A stretch of 64,000 bases of DNA from Bacillota bacterium (GCA_023388495.1 JAEWGC010000039.1:51304-115303), one strand, 5' to 3'. Numbered from the stretch's first letter, positions 7,377 to 16,621 are shown. The notes: generated from the sequence alone by a model not told the origin. Translations and numbers: made by a program.

Positions 7377-10300
7377 TTGAGTAGGATACAAGAAGTAAAA
7401 GATATTTATAAGGAAATAATGAATAGAATAACATCAGGTGGAGATGAATGGAAAAACTTTTTGGACTTTTCATCAAAAATATATAAATATAAATTTGATA
7501 ACCAAATATTAATTTATGCTCAAAAACCAGACGCTACAGCAGTAGCAACTATGGAGTTTTGGAATAAAAGAATGGGGAGATATATAAATAAGGGTACAAG
7601 AAGTATCGCAGTATTTGATAAATCTAAATCCCCTTTAAAATTAGAATATTTATTTGATGTATCGGATACAAATGGTCTAGATGACACATTACCGAAAATG
7701 TGGAAATTAAATAGTGAAAATCAACAAGAACTAATGTTTGCTTTATCTAAAAAATGGGGTATAATAGAAATAAGCTTAGAAGAATTAATATCTAAACAAA
7801 TTAAGGAGTTTTTATCAAATAGTTATGAAATTTATTTAAAAGATGCACTAGAGGAATTGAATGATTTACTAGAATATGATTATTCAGTACAGAATCAATA
7901 TATAAAAACTCTAGAGGATAGTATAAAGTATGTAGTTTTTTCAAGATGTGGATTAGATGTATCAAAATTTGACAACCTTGATACATTTAAAAATATTTCA
8001 GACTTTAATACAGATAGAATAACATATGAATTAGGATATGCAGTAAGCAGTACATCTGAGGAAATACTTAGAATAATAGAAAAAGAAGTTTATGCAATTA
8101 TAAAAAAAATAAGGAGTGAGAATAAAAATGAAGAAACCATTAGTAGAATTAGAATATCAGGAGAAAGATGGGATAATGTATCCTCAAATAGAGTTGGAGA
8201 ATATGCCACTAGGGAAATACGGGATGATGTTTCACAACTATCTAAAGGACAACCACGAGAAACGTTTCACTTGGTTGATGATGAATGGGGATCTGATGGA
8301 CATATGTCGTCAAGTGGAGAAGGAAGCGAAGGAGAGGTTCAGTCTACTAGAGAAACAACTACTGGAGAAGGATCCAATACCGAACCCAATGGATACATAC
8401 GAAAGCTATCGTCACAGGGACATGATAAGAAGGGAAGCCGAGGAAATAGTATTGAAGGAGATAGTTTACAAGAACAGATAAGTTTTTTACCCTTTGAAAG
8501 AATAGAGTCACAATCAGAAAATGATAGTGATTCTTTTTTTGTAGATAAAGTAGATATAGCTGATGGTAACATAGAGGTATTAATAGATGAAGAATATGAG
8601 GAAATAATTTCTTCTTTCAATATCAATGTTGAATCAGTTGAGAATGAGAAGGATAGTATTCATATACCTATAAATTATAAATATGATCCTAATGATGAAA
8701 TAGGAGTTGGAGGATTAAAAACTAAATATAAGAGTAATATAGAAGCTATAAAAACATTAAAGGTTATTGAAAAAGAAAATAGATTTGCTACAGTGGAAGA
8801 ACAGAAAGTTCTTGCTAAGTATGTAGGCTGGGGAGGAATGCCACAGGCATTTGATATAAAGGCTGCGGGATGGTCCAATGAATATGAAGAATTAAAAAGT
8901 ATTTTATCTGAAGAAGAATATATAAGTGCTAGAGCTTCTACTCCTAATGCACATTATACATCACCAGCAATAATAAAAGGAATATACAAGGCATTAGAGA
9001 ACTTTAATTTTGCTGAAGGAAATATTGTAGAGCCTTCATTGGGAGTTGGTAAATTCTTTTCTCTACTACCAGGTAGTATGGATAATTCTAAACTATATGG
9101 AGTGGAGCTTGATGATATATCAGGAAGAATAGCAAAACAGCTTTATCAAAGTGCAGATATTAAAATTCAAGGATTTGAAGAAACTAATTATCCAGATAAT
9201 TTCTTTGATGTGGCCATAGGGAATGTACCCTTCGGAGATTATAAGCTTTATGATACAAGGTATAATAAACATAACTTCTTTATACATGATTATTTCTTTG
9301 CCAAATCATTAGACTTAGTTCGTCCAGGAGGAATTATTGCCTATATAACCTCAAAGGGAACTATGGATAAAGAAAATAATAGTGTTAGAAAATATATATC
9401 TGAAAGAGCTGATCTAATCGGAGCAATAAGACTGCCTAACACAGCTTTTAAGGATGCAAACACTGATGTAACCTCAGATATTATATTTCTACAAAAGCGA
9501 GAGAGAATGTCTGTAAATGAAGCTAATTGGATAGATATTGGGCATACAGAAGATGGCATACCTTTAAATAAATATTTTATAGAAAATCCAGACATGATGC
9601 TAGGAAAAATGGTCTTTGATGAAAGAAGAAAAGGAATGTTTGGAGAGAATAGCACCTATACATCTTTAATTAATGATGATAAAGATTTTGATTTAGAAAA
9701 TGAATTGCTTCAAGCTATAAATAAGCTAAAAGCAAATATAACTCAATATGAAAGAGAAGATACAAAATCTGAAAATACAATACCTGCTACTCCTGATGTT
9801 AGAAACTTTACCTATACACAAATAGATGAAGATATTTATTATAGAGAAAATACTATAATGAGAAAAATGGGATTTACAGGTAAACCACTAGAGAGAGTAA
9901 AAGGCCTAATAGCTATCAGAGAAGCTACAAGGGACTTAATCTATATTCAATCTAGGGGTTGTACAGAAGAGGAATTAAAACATCATCAAAAAATATTAAA
10001 TGAAAGATATGACAGTTTTGTAAAGGATAATGGCTATGTTTCATCAAGGGCTAACTCTTTGGTCTTTAGTGATGATAGTGATTATCCTTTATTATGTTCA
10101 TTAGAGATGGAAGATAATGAAAAGAACATTGTTAAAACAGATATGTTCTTTAAGCAGACAATAAGACCAAGAGAAGTAATTACAAAGGTTAATACAGCAG
10201 GAGAAGCTTTAATTCTAAGTATGAATGAAAGAGGAAAAGTGGATATTCCCTTTATGCTAGAATTATATAATGTTGATTTTAATACTTTAATTAATGAACT

Positions 10301-10790
10301 TAAGGAACAAATATTTTTAAATCCTCTAAAATATGATAAAGAAGATTTAAAAATTGGATGGGAAACTCAAGATGAATATTTATCTGGAAATGTACGGGAA
10401 AAATTAAAATTAGCGAAAATATATGCAGAAAATAATCCAAATATTTTTGCTGTAAATGTATCAGCTTTAGAAAAAGTTCAGCCTGTAGATCTTGAAGCTA
10501 ATGAAATAGATGTCAGATTAGGCACTCCATGGATAGAGCATGAAGATATTGAAAAATTCATATATGAAACCTTGGATACTCCTCATTGGCTACGAAATAA
10601 TCGTAATTCTAGAGTAGGGGGTAACAATGGTGCAGTAAAAGTAGAATATAATAGATTTACATCTACTTGGTCAATATCAAATAAGACGAGTGATTATTCA
10701 GTTTCAGCTATTGAAACTTTTGGAATCAAAAGAATGACAGCTTATCATATAATAGAAGATTCTTTAAACCTTAATTCAGTGAAGATTTAG
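7377..10790 (+). CDS. ArdC-like N-terminal domain fused to an N6-adenine DNA methyltransferase. Probably a 3'-truncated ICE methylase-helicase giant protein.
   Basis: TTG at 7377 follows AGAGGTGA. The N-terminus ILIYAQKPDATAVATMEFWNKRMGRYINKGTRSIAVF is ArdC/DUF1738-like. The acidic/Gly/Ser linker is followed by SAM motif VEPSLGVGKFF and catalytic GNVPFGDY. It ends shortly after the methylase region with no helicase module. Confidence 0.7.
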   Translation: MSRIQEVKDIYKEIMNRITSGGDEWKNFLDFSSKIYKYKFDNQILIYAQKPDATAVATMEFWNKRMGRYINKGTRSIAVFDKSKSPLKLEYLFDVSDTNGLDDTLPKMWKLNSENQQELMFALSKKWGIIEISLEELISKQIKEFLSNSYEIYLKDALEELNDLLEYDYSVQNQYIKTLEDSIKYVVFSRCGLDVSKFDNLDTFKNISDFNTDRITYELGYAVSSTSEEILRIIEKEVYAIIKKIRSENKNEETISRIRISGERWDNVSSNRVGEYATREIRDDVSQLSKGQPRETFHLVDDEWGSDGHMSSSGEGSEGEVQSTRETTTGEGSNTEPNGYIRKLSSQGHDKKGSRGNSIEGDSLQEQISFLPFERIESQSENDSDSFFVDKVDIADGNIEVLIDEEYEEIISSFNINVESVENEKDSIHIPINYKYDPNDEIGVGGLKTKYKSNIEAIKTLKVIEKENRFATVEEQKVLAKYVGWGGMPQAFDIKAAGWSNEYEELKSILSEEEYISARASTPNAHYTSPAIIKGIYKALENFNFAEGNIVEPSLGVGKFFSLLPGSMDNSKLYGVELDDISGRIAKQLYQSADIKIQGFEETNYPDNFFDVAIGNVPFGDYKLYDTRYNKHNFFIHDYFFAKSLDLVRPGGIIAYITSKGTMDKENNSVRKYISERADLIGAIRLPNTAFKDANTDVTSDIIFLQKRERMSVNEANWIDIGHTEDGIPLNKYFIENPDMMLGKMVFDERRKGMFGENSTYTSLINDDKDFDLENELLQAINKLKANITQYEREDTKSENTIPATPDVRNFTYTQIDEDIYYRENTIMRKMGFTGKPLERVKGLIAIREATRDLIYIQSRGCTEEELKHHQKILNERYDSFVKDNGYVSSRANSLVFSDDSDYPLLCSLEMEDNEKNIVKTDMFFKQTIRPREVITKVNTAGEALILSMNERGKVDIPFMLELYNVDFNTLINELKEQIFLNPLKYDKEDLKIGWETQDEYLSGNVREKLKLAKIYAENNPNIFAVNVSALEKVQPVDLEANEIDVRLGTPWIEHEDIEKFIYETLDTPHWLRNNRNSRVGGNNGAVKVEYNRFTSTWSISNKTSDYSVSAIETFGIKRMTAYHIIEDSLNLNSVKI
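8128..8481 (+). CDS. Embedded +1-frame ORF resembling TnpV-family small transposon proteins
   Basis: AAGGAG at 8111-8116, then ATG at 8128 (GTG at 8116 also in frame). MKKPLVELEYQEKDGIMYPQIE..LGKYGMMFHNYLKDNH..F..L..G.L...AEEIVLKEIVY follows the pattern I recall for TnpV-like proteins. It lies entirely inside the linker-coding part of 7377-10790. Confidence 0.4.
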   Translation: MKKPLVELEYQEKDGIMYPQIELENMPLGKYGMMFHNYLKDNHEKRFTWLMMNGDLMDICRQVEKEAKERFSLLEKQLLEKDPIPNPMDTYESYRHRDMIRREAEEIVLKEIVYKNR

Positions 10791-10842
10791 ACTTAGGGGA
10801 AGATGAGGAAATGGAAATATAAAAGTTAATAGATTATTTAAG

Positions 10843-10873
10843 AAAAGATACCTTTTTTCAGGTATCTTTTTTT
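10843..10873 (+). terminator. Rho-independent terminator
   Basis: gatacct-tttttc-aggtatc followed by T7. Confidence 0.7.
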
Positions 10874-10914
10874 GTACATAAAATTCAACCGATAAAACTA
10901 AAGGGGAGATCCAT

Positions 10915-11907
10915 ATGAGTAAATTATTATTTAATGAGCAACCACTTGTTATCGATAAGCAATTAGCTAAATTAATAGGCCTAAATGAAGCAATGGTATT
11001 ACAACAAATCCATTATTGGTTAGAGATCAATAGAAAGGCAGATAAGAATTTTCGTGAAGCACAATATTGGACTTATAATACTCTAGAAGAATGGCAAGAA
11101 GAATTTCCTTTTTGGAGTGTAGATACAGTTAAGAGAACATTAACAAAGCTAAGAAAAATGGGCATCCTTATTACTGGAAATTTTAATAGATTAAAAATGG
11201 ATAGAACACTTTGGTATACTATTAATTATGAAGAACTAGAAAAATTAAGTGAAATAGAGAAAGAAGAAGCACAGAAAAATGAAGAAACTTTAATTGAGGA
11301 AGAAGAAATACAGCCTGTGGATGACTCTAAAGAAGAGATTTTGAATCAAGAAGAAAACAACAATCAGCCTGAAGTACAACCGAAACCATTGGAATTAAGC
11401 AAAAGTGCAAAATGCCCTAATGCATCAGTGCAGAATCCTCCAATGCAAGAGTGCAAAATGCCCTCACCAATACCAGAGATTACTACAGAGATTACCACAG
11501 AGATTTTAAATCAGTCTATCAATCCTTCAGATGCAATAGACGAACAGACAGACGTAGAAAATGAGAGATATTCTTATAATGATATTATAATTAAGTCTGA
11601 AGCAGATTGTATAGATGAGAGATATAGAGAATCTGTAAAACATGCCATAAAACTATTGTGTTTTGATACTGAAAATAAAAAGAGAATACAGATAGGTGAA
11701 AACATAATTCCTACTGAAATAGTAAGAAATGATTTGAGAAAGCTGAACTTCTTCATGTTAGAACATGCTATATACAAATTTAAAGAAGCCAGTAAGGAAA
11801 CAAGAATAAGGAATACAGTATCATACTTAAAGAGCTGCATATACAATTCTATTCATGAAATGAATCTAGATATTGATAGCGAATTGAGGCATGAGGGGTT
11901 GATATAA
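10915..11907 (+). CDS. DnaD/replisome-organizer-like (RepA-like) winged-helix protein of a mobile element
   Basis: The N-terminus LFNEQPLVIDKQLAKLIGLNEAMVLQQIHYWLE...WSVDTVKRTLTKLRKMGIL is typical of phage/ICE replication-initiator HTH domains. An acidic linker carries a TTEITTEI mini-repeat. Confidence 0.5.
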   Translation: MSKLLFNEQPLVIDKQLAKLIGLNEAMVLQQIHYWLEINRKADKNFREAQYWTYNTLEEWQEEFPFWSVDTVKRTLTKLRKMGILITGNFNRLKMDRTLWYTINYEELEKLSEIEKEEAQKNEETLIEEEEIQPVDDSKEEILNQEENNNQPEVQPKPLELSKSAKCPNASVQNPPMQECKMPSPIPEITTEITTEILNQSINPSDAIDEQTDVENERYSYNDIIIKSEADCIDERYRESVKHAIKLLCFDTENKKRIQIGENIIPTEIVRNDLRKLNFFMLEHAIYKFKEASKETRIRNTVSYLKSCIYNSIHEMNLDIDSELRHEGLI

Positions 11908-11927
11908 TAATTAACTGAATGTAAAAC

Positions 11928-11960
11928 AAAATAGCTTAGAATAAAAAACTAAGCTATTTT
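11928..11960. terminator. Bidirectional terminator between convergent genes
   Basis: aaaatagcttag-N9-ctaagctatttt, a perfect 12-bp stem with A/T runs on both sides. Confidence 0.7.
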
Positions 11961-11977
11961 ATTACGAACTTTGTTAC

Positions 11978-12961
11978 CTATTCTAAATTTTTAACTTTGG
12001 ATTCAATGAATTCAGTAATAGTTTCAATTATTTCAATCATATAATCAAGAGTTATATTATCCAATGTATCATGAGCGGTATGGGTCCAATGTAAAAGTTT
12101 AATACCCTTAGGACCTATATCTCCTCTAATAATACCTATTGAATTAAAATTATACTTTTGAAAACTCTTATCATCGCTAAAGCATTTGGTGTAAAGCCTA
12201 GAATTTATTTGCTTGGAAAGAAAAAAAGATTGAAGCTCTTTAGCTAGAAGTGAGTTATTTTTGGATGTAATAAAGATATTAGAACCTCTCCCCACACAGT
12301 CAAAATTAATAATAATTTTATCTTTTAGATCTGTTAAGTTATTTTTTACAAACAATTTAGAGCCGAACATCCCTTTTTCCTCACAATCAGTAAATAATAA
12401 TTTAACTTTATTACTACATCCTTTTTCGTATAATAATTTTGCAATATTAAGCAAAGCGATTATTCCACTATTATTGTCATCGTGAACAGGTGCAGAGTTA
12501 AATGGTTTTATCTTGGTAAAAAGAAAAGTAGGGAAACCGTTTAAAATTAATACTAATAATATGGGGGATAAAACAAGGCTACCGAACTTAGTGATATTAA
12601 AGTATGTTTGAATAGAGCTAAGTAGTTTAGAAAAAATAATTAAAAGAAAGAAATAAAATAGTACATTTAATTTCCAACTACTATATTGAACTTTTCTAAT
12701 TATGAAAGATTGTATATAGTTTGACTTAAAATCATGAGTATCATAATGAGCAGTGAGCAATATTTTATAGTCAGGGTTTTGGGTCTCTAGATTATAACAT
12801 TTAACCCCATAATACTTACCATGAACAGTACTCATATCATACATCCCTTGTAAAGAGTTTATTATATATTCTCTAGCTTTATATTTTTGTTTTTTATTAA
12901 TCCTGTTAAAATTTAAATTCATAAAGTCATTATATATTTTCTCTTTATCCAAATAAATCAA
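11978..12961 (-). CDS. M28-family metallopeptidase-like protein with internal transmembrane insertion
   Basis: TAHYDTHD, HDDNNSGIIALL, LFTDCEEKGMFGS and a late H (WTHTAHD) fit M28 zinc ligands. Two or three hydrophobic helices are inserted between the first and second motif. TTG start is uncertain. Confidence 0.55.
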   Translation of the reverse strand: MIYLDKEKIYNDFMNLNFNRINKKQKYKAREYIINSLQGMYDMSTVHGKYYGVKCYNLETQNPDYKILLTAHYDTHDFKSNYIQSFIIRKVQYSSWKLNVLFYFFLLIIFSKLLSSIQTYFNITKFGSLVLSPILLVLILNGFPTFLFTKIKPFNSAPVHDDNNSGIIALLNIAKLLYEKGCSNKVKLLFTDCEEKGMFGSKLFVKNNLTDLKDKIIINFDCVGRGSNIFITSKNNSLLAKELQSFFLSKQINSRLYTKCFSDDKSFQKYNFNSIGIIRGDIGPKGIKLLHWTHTAHDTLDNITLDYMIEIIETITEFIESKVKNLE

Positions 12962-13002
12962 CTCCTAGAAAATTAATTATAGAATGAAAGGTGGTTTTTT
13001 AA

Positions 13003-13491
13003 ATGTCAATATGCGAGTTAGTAGTTATAATTCCTCTAACAATAATATTAATAATACTTATAGCAGCTTATCTTGAAGTGTTTGATGGAGAAATTAAAGA
13101 TATTAGAATATTTATTATTCTTTTAGTTATAGCTGTATTATTATCAATAACTATAGCCTCCATTAAATGTACTGCATTTGATAATAGTATAAAAATACGA
13201 GAATTTGAGTTTAATTTAGCCAAAAGTTTTAAAATGTTTTCAAGAATTTTAAGTGTATTTTTAATATCTATACTCATATTTGAGTCATTATTAAGTAACT
13301 TCCAGGTGACTATAATTTTTGCTATTACTATGGCAGGTTACTTTATGCTAGGCAACATACTAAATAATAAAGAATTATTACAGTTCTTTAACAAAGGCAA
13401 AGAATTATTAATAATATTACTACCTTATGGTAAAGTTATTCCGCTATGGGGAGCTGTACTTTGCTTACTCTATAATATTTTTAAAAAGTAA
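13003..13491 (+). CDS. Small polytopic membrane protein
   Basis: 162 aa, 4-5 hydrophobic helices, GGTGG RBS region. Confidence 0.5.
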   Translation: MSICELVVIIPLTIILIILIAAYLEVFDGEIKDIRIFIILLVIAVLLSITIASIKCTAFDNSIKIREFEFNLAKSFKMFSRILSVFLISILIFESLLSNFQVTIIFAITMAGYFMLGNILNNKELLQFFNKGKELLIILLPYGKVIPLWGAVLCLLYNIFKK

Positions 13492-13494
13492 TGA

Positions 13495-13516
13495 AGGTGG
13501 TAATAACTTACCACCT
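13495..13516. terminator. Hairpin between convergent genes
   Basis: aggtggtaa-taac-ttaccacct. No strong T-run. Confidence 0.4.
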
Positions 13517-13584
13517 AAAATTTAGATAGTAGGGAGGTATTTTTATTAAATAAAAAAGCATTCTACCATTACAAAACAAATATC

Positions 13585-14898
13585 TTATTTTGTTTTAATA
13601 ATCTCCCTATTCACAAAATCATATTTAAAATACTTTGTAAATTTATATTCTTCACCTTCCAAATAAATCTTTGTATAAGCATTTCCTACTTCTAGATCAA
13701 TTACATCACTTTCCACATCAAATTCTTTTTTATCTGATTTAGCATCATAAATAATAATTTTTTTGTTATCGTAAAATTCAATACTGGAGCCTTGGGCAAA
13801 ACTTTTACTAGTTAAATATTTTTTGCCATCTTTAATAACTATATGAGTGCTGTATCCTTTAGGATTACTTTCAACTTTAAAGGTCATTATTGGCTTTGAG
13901 TCTATAGTTTCAGATTCGTTACCCCTAGAAAATACTGTTGTTCCTTTAAGATTAAGTTTCCCCAAAAAATTAGGTATATTGTCTTTATATGCAAAGTAGA
14001 TACCCAAGCATATAAATATCGAAAATGAAATTAATATAAATTTAAAATAGAAAGTTATAAATCTTGCAATAAAACTTTTTCTTTTTAATCTTTCAGTACT
14101 TTTAAACTTAGTTTTTGGTCTAACCCTTTCTCGTTTTTGAGGTTGGGTTATAAGTTCAGATATATTATTTATATCATTTTTAATATCTTCAATAGACTTC
14201 TCTATAGAAGTAGGGATGGGATTTATAGGAACCATTTCCTGTGTATTATCCATATCAGGTTCTTGATATGAGATATTGGATTTCTTGTATAAAACTTGCC
14301 TTATTAATTCCATATCCTCTTCAGATAGCGGATCAAATTTAAAACTTTTTTCAGGTATGAACATGTTTTTAAATTTTTCCTCTAATTTATTTATATCTTT
14401 GGAATGCTTTATATCTTCAATTTCATCTATAAATAATATTGATTGCTGATTTATTGATTCTCTAAATTTACTATTTAGAAACTCTGATTTTGTTATATTA
14501 GTGAAGACAACACCATAGCTATAACAAAATTTAAGATTCCCTTTATATTTTTCATCTACTTGGCAAAGTGTTTTTTCTTTTTGAAGTATATTACTTATGT
14601 AGGTAGCATATTTCTCGGCTTGTTCTAATGGGTTTAATTTGATTTTACCATCTATTAAGTAGTAGTTGTTAACATCTGTATCTATAATATAATTTAATGG
14701 CCAACTTTTTACTTCTAAAACGAGAAGTCCTAAATTAGGCTCAATAATAATAAAATCAGATTTATGATTGCTTACTCTTATATTTCCAAATACATAATAA
14801 TTATGAGGTAAAATATATTCTAGGAAGGAATAAACCTCAATCTCGCTAATATGATCTTTATTAAAGTATTTCACAGAATGTGGAAACATTCTAGCCAT
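13585..14898 (-). CDS. NERD (nuclease-related domain) protein with a TM anchor and extracytoplasmic C-terminal domain
   Basis: MARMFP start follows AGAGGTGA. DFIIIEPNLGLLVLEVKSW is the NERD D..EVK core. TM helix is FITFYFKFILISFSIFICLGIYFAY. The track ORF extends to 14931. Confidence 0.65.
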   Translation of the reverse strand: MARMFPHSVKYFNKDHISEIEVYSFLEYILPHNYYVFGNIRVSNHKSDFIIIEPNLGLLVLEVKSWPLNYIIDTDVNNYYLIDGKIKLNPLEQAEKYATYISNILQKEKTLCQVDEKYKGNLKFCYSYGVVFTNITKSEFLNSKFRESINQQSILFIDEIEDIKHSKDINKLEEKFKNMFIPEKSFKFDPLSEEDMELIRQVLYKKSNISYQEPDMDNTQEMVPINPIPTSIEKSIEDIKNDINNISELITQPQKRERVRPKTKFKSTERLKRKSFIARFITFYFKFILISFSIFICLGIYFAYKDNIPNFLGKLNLKGTTVFSRGNESETIDSKPIMTFKVESNPKGYSTHIVIKDGKKYLTSKSFAQGSSIEFYDNKKIIIYDAKSDKKEFDVESDVIDLEVGNAYTKIYLEGEEYKFTKYFKYDFVNREIIKTK

Positions 14899-14962
14899 TC
14901 TATCACCTCTATGTAATTTTCCCAATTCCACAAGTTAACCCATAAATCTCCAGGGTTTTCCA

Positions 14963-15063
14963 TATAAATAGATAAAAAAATAATTAAAAAAACATAATCC
15001 TAAATAAGATAATGCTTTTTTAATCATTATGTCGTAATTCCTAAGCTGTTTGTCCGATCCATT
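14963..15063 (-). promoter_or_regulatory. Copy X of a ~100-bp conserved upstream module (conserved box plus AT-rich hairpin with U-run)
   Basis: Aligns with 16049-16140 (AAAAAATAATTAAAAAA..hairpin..TTAAT.ATTATGTC.T..CCTA..TG.TTGTCC). It lies ~65 nt upstream of the NERD start. Confidence 0.5.
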
Positions 15064-15156
15064 TCCATATAACCCTATATAATATATAATATCTTTTCCA
15101 TATTATATGGAGTTATAATTTTTGTTTTTTATAAGTTTCATCATTTATAAAGTAAT

Positions 15157-15981
15157 TTAATTATTTATGTCTAAGCCTAAAGAGCGTTTTATTCTCCTTG
15201 CATATTCATCTTCAGATATAGAGAAAAACATAAGATTTAAATTCGGAGAGACATTAAAATTAAGCTGTTCTAAAAATAGGTTATGATATAAATGGTAGAA
15301 AATAGGATATTCCTTAATTCTTATAAACTTATTTGAGGCTATAGGTACATTTTTATAATCATGTTCATTCCCAGCAATAAGTTCTATATTTACTAGCCAA
15401 TCAGCATTTTGATAAGTTCCGATCCTATTACAAATGATAGAATTTAATGTATCATAATCAAACTCTTCATTATTAGTAATTTGCATGACATTACCATGTG
15501 TTCTACAAATAAAAGGTCTTACATTATAAATTAAGCATTCTTGTTTTTCTTCTTCAAGAAAAACACATGGAAAGCTTGTCTTTGTTATAATATTATTAAC
15601 TTCCAAGAATATATCCTTACTTCCTGAGTGATTTGTATTTAAATAAGTTACAATTTCTGGATATTCAGTTTCAAATATATCCATATATTGTTTTACTTTA
15701 TTGGAAAGTGCTTCTTTTTTATCATTATCCCAATCATTGATCTCATTTAATATTATTGAAAATTCACAATCAGTAATTAGAAAGTAGTGATAACAACATT
15801 CAGAGCATCCTTTATGGCATTTAGAATTCTTTTCAGTATTTTTTTGATGTTCAGATATAAGTCTATCTACTTTATTATGAGATTTGATTATCTTTGCAGC
15901 TAAGCTATTTTCATTGATATCAGGATGACATTTTTTTGACTTCTTATTGCTTCCACAAAAACAAATATCATTTCTGCCCAT
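15157..15981 (-). CDS. SEC-C motif plus YkgJ-type (CxxCxxCC) Cys-cluster protein
   Basis: N-terminal GRNDICFCGSNKKSKKCH (SEC-C metal-binding motif). CHKGCSECCYHYF and a later C..RTHG match the UPF0153/YkgJ zinc/iron-chelating pattern. Confidence 0.55.
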   Translation of the reverse strand: MGRNDICFCGSNKKSKKCHPDINENSLAAKIIKSHNKVDRLISEHQKNTEKNSKCHKGCSECCYHYFLITDCEFSIILNEINDWDNDKKEALSNKVKQYMDIFETEYPEIVTYLNTNHSGSKDIFLEVNNIITKTSFPCVFLEEEKQECLIYNVRPFICRTHGNVMQITNNEEFDYDTLNSIICNRIGTYQNADWLVNIELIAGNEHDYKNVPIASNKFIRIKEYPIFYHLYHNLFLEQLNFNVSPNLNLMFFSISEDEYARRIKRSLGLDINN

Positions 15982-16048
15982 AGTATATTATCCCCCTTAG
16001 GTAATTTTTTATAAAAGTTATAACCCTAAATCAAGCCCTATAAATAAA

Positions 16049-16140
16049 AAAATAATTAAAAAATACATTCTAAGAAGAATACATTTCTTAATTATTATGT
16101 CATGTACCTATGATGCTTGTCCTACTCATGGCCCCTTAAA
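16049..16140 (-). promoter_or_regulatory. Copy Y of the ~100-bp conserved upstream module
   Basis: See 14963-15063. It lies ~68 nt upstream of the SEC-C/YkgJ start. On the sense strand it contains agGACA-N18-(TGa)CATAAT, then a hairpin plus T-run. Confidence 0.5.
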
Positions 16141-16181
16141 TTCCCTAATTAACTTCAACTTTTCTTTTTCAATATCCTTAT

Positions 16182-16544
16182 CTAGTCTAAAGTAGCTAAT
16201 TCATCATTATTATCACTATTTCTTTTTTGCATATCTCTGATTTTATAAAGTTCTATCAATTTCTTTAGTTCTTCCTGACTTTCAGGAGATAGATTAGCTA
16301 TTTCAACAGCAGTGGAGGTGCTTTCTTTTTTATATGGATTAGGAATATTGCTACGACCTAATAAATAATCAGTAGTGACGTTAAATAAATCAGCTATTTT
16401 GCCTAACATTTCTGGATCGGGAAACCTCACATTAGTCTCATACTTGGATATAGCTGAATATGAAATATTAAGTTTACTAGCCAAGTCCTCACGTGTTAAT
16501 TTATTACCTTCCCTTATATGCTTTAATCTTTGTCCAAAATCCAT
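16182..16544 (-). CDS. XRE-family (CI-like) HTH repressor
   Basis: The N-terminal FGQRLKHIREGNKLTREDLASKLNISYSAISKYETN is an HTH_3 domain. It is divergent from a Cro-like gene. Confidence 0.75.
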   Translation of the reverse strand: MDFGQRLKHIREGNKLTREDLASKLNISYSAISKYETNVRFPDPEMLGKIADLFNVTTDYLLGRSNIPNPYKKESTSTAVEIANLSPESQEELKKLIELYKIRDMQKRNSDNNDELATLD

Positions 16545-16621
16545 ACTTTCACCCCTTTAACTCATGTTAGCATAAAGGAGATAAAATCAAAATATTAATG
16601 GACGAAATGTGTAAATAGCTA

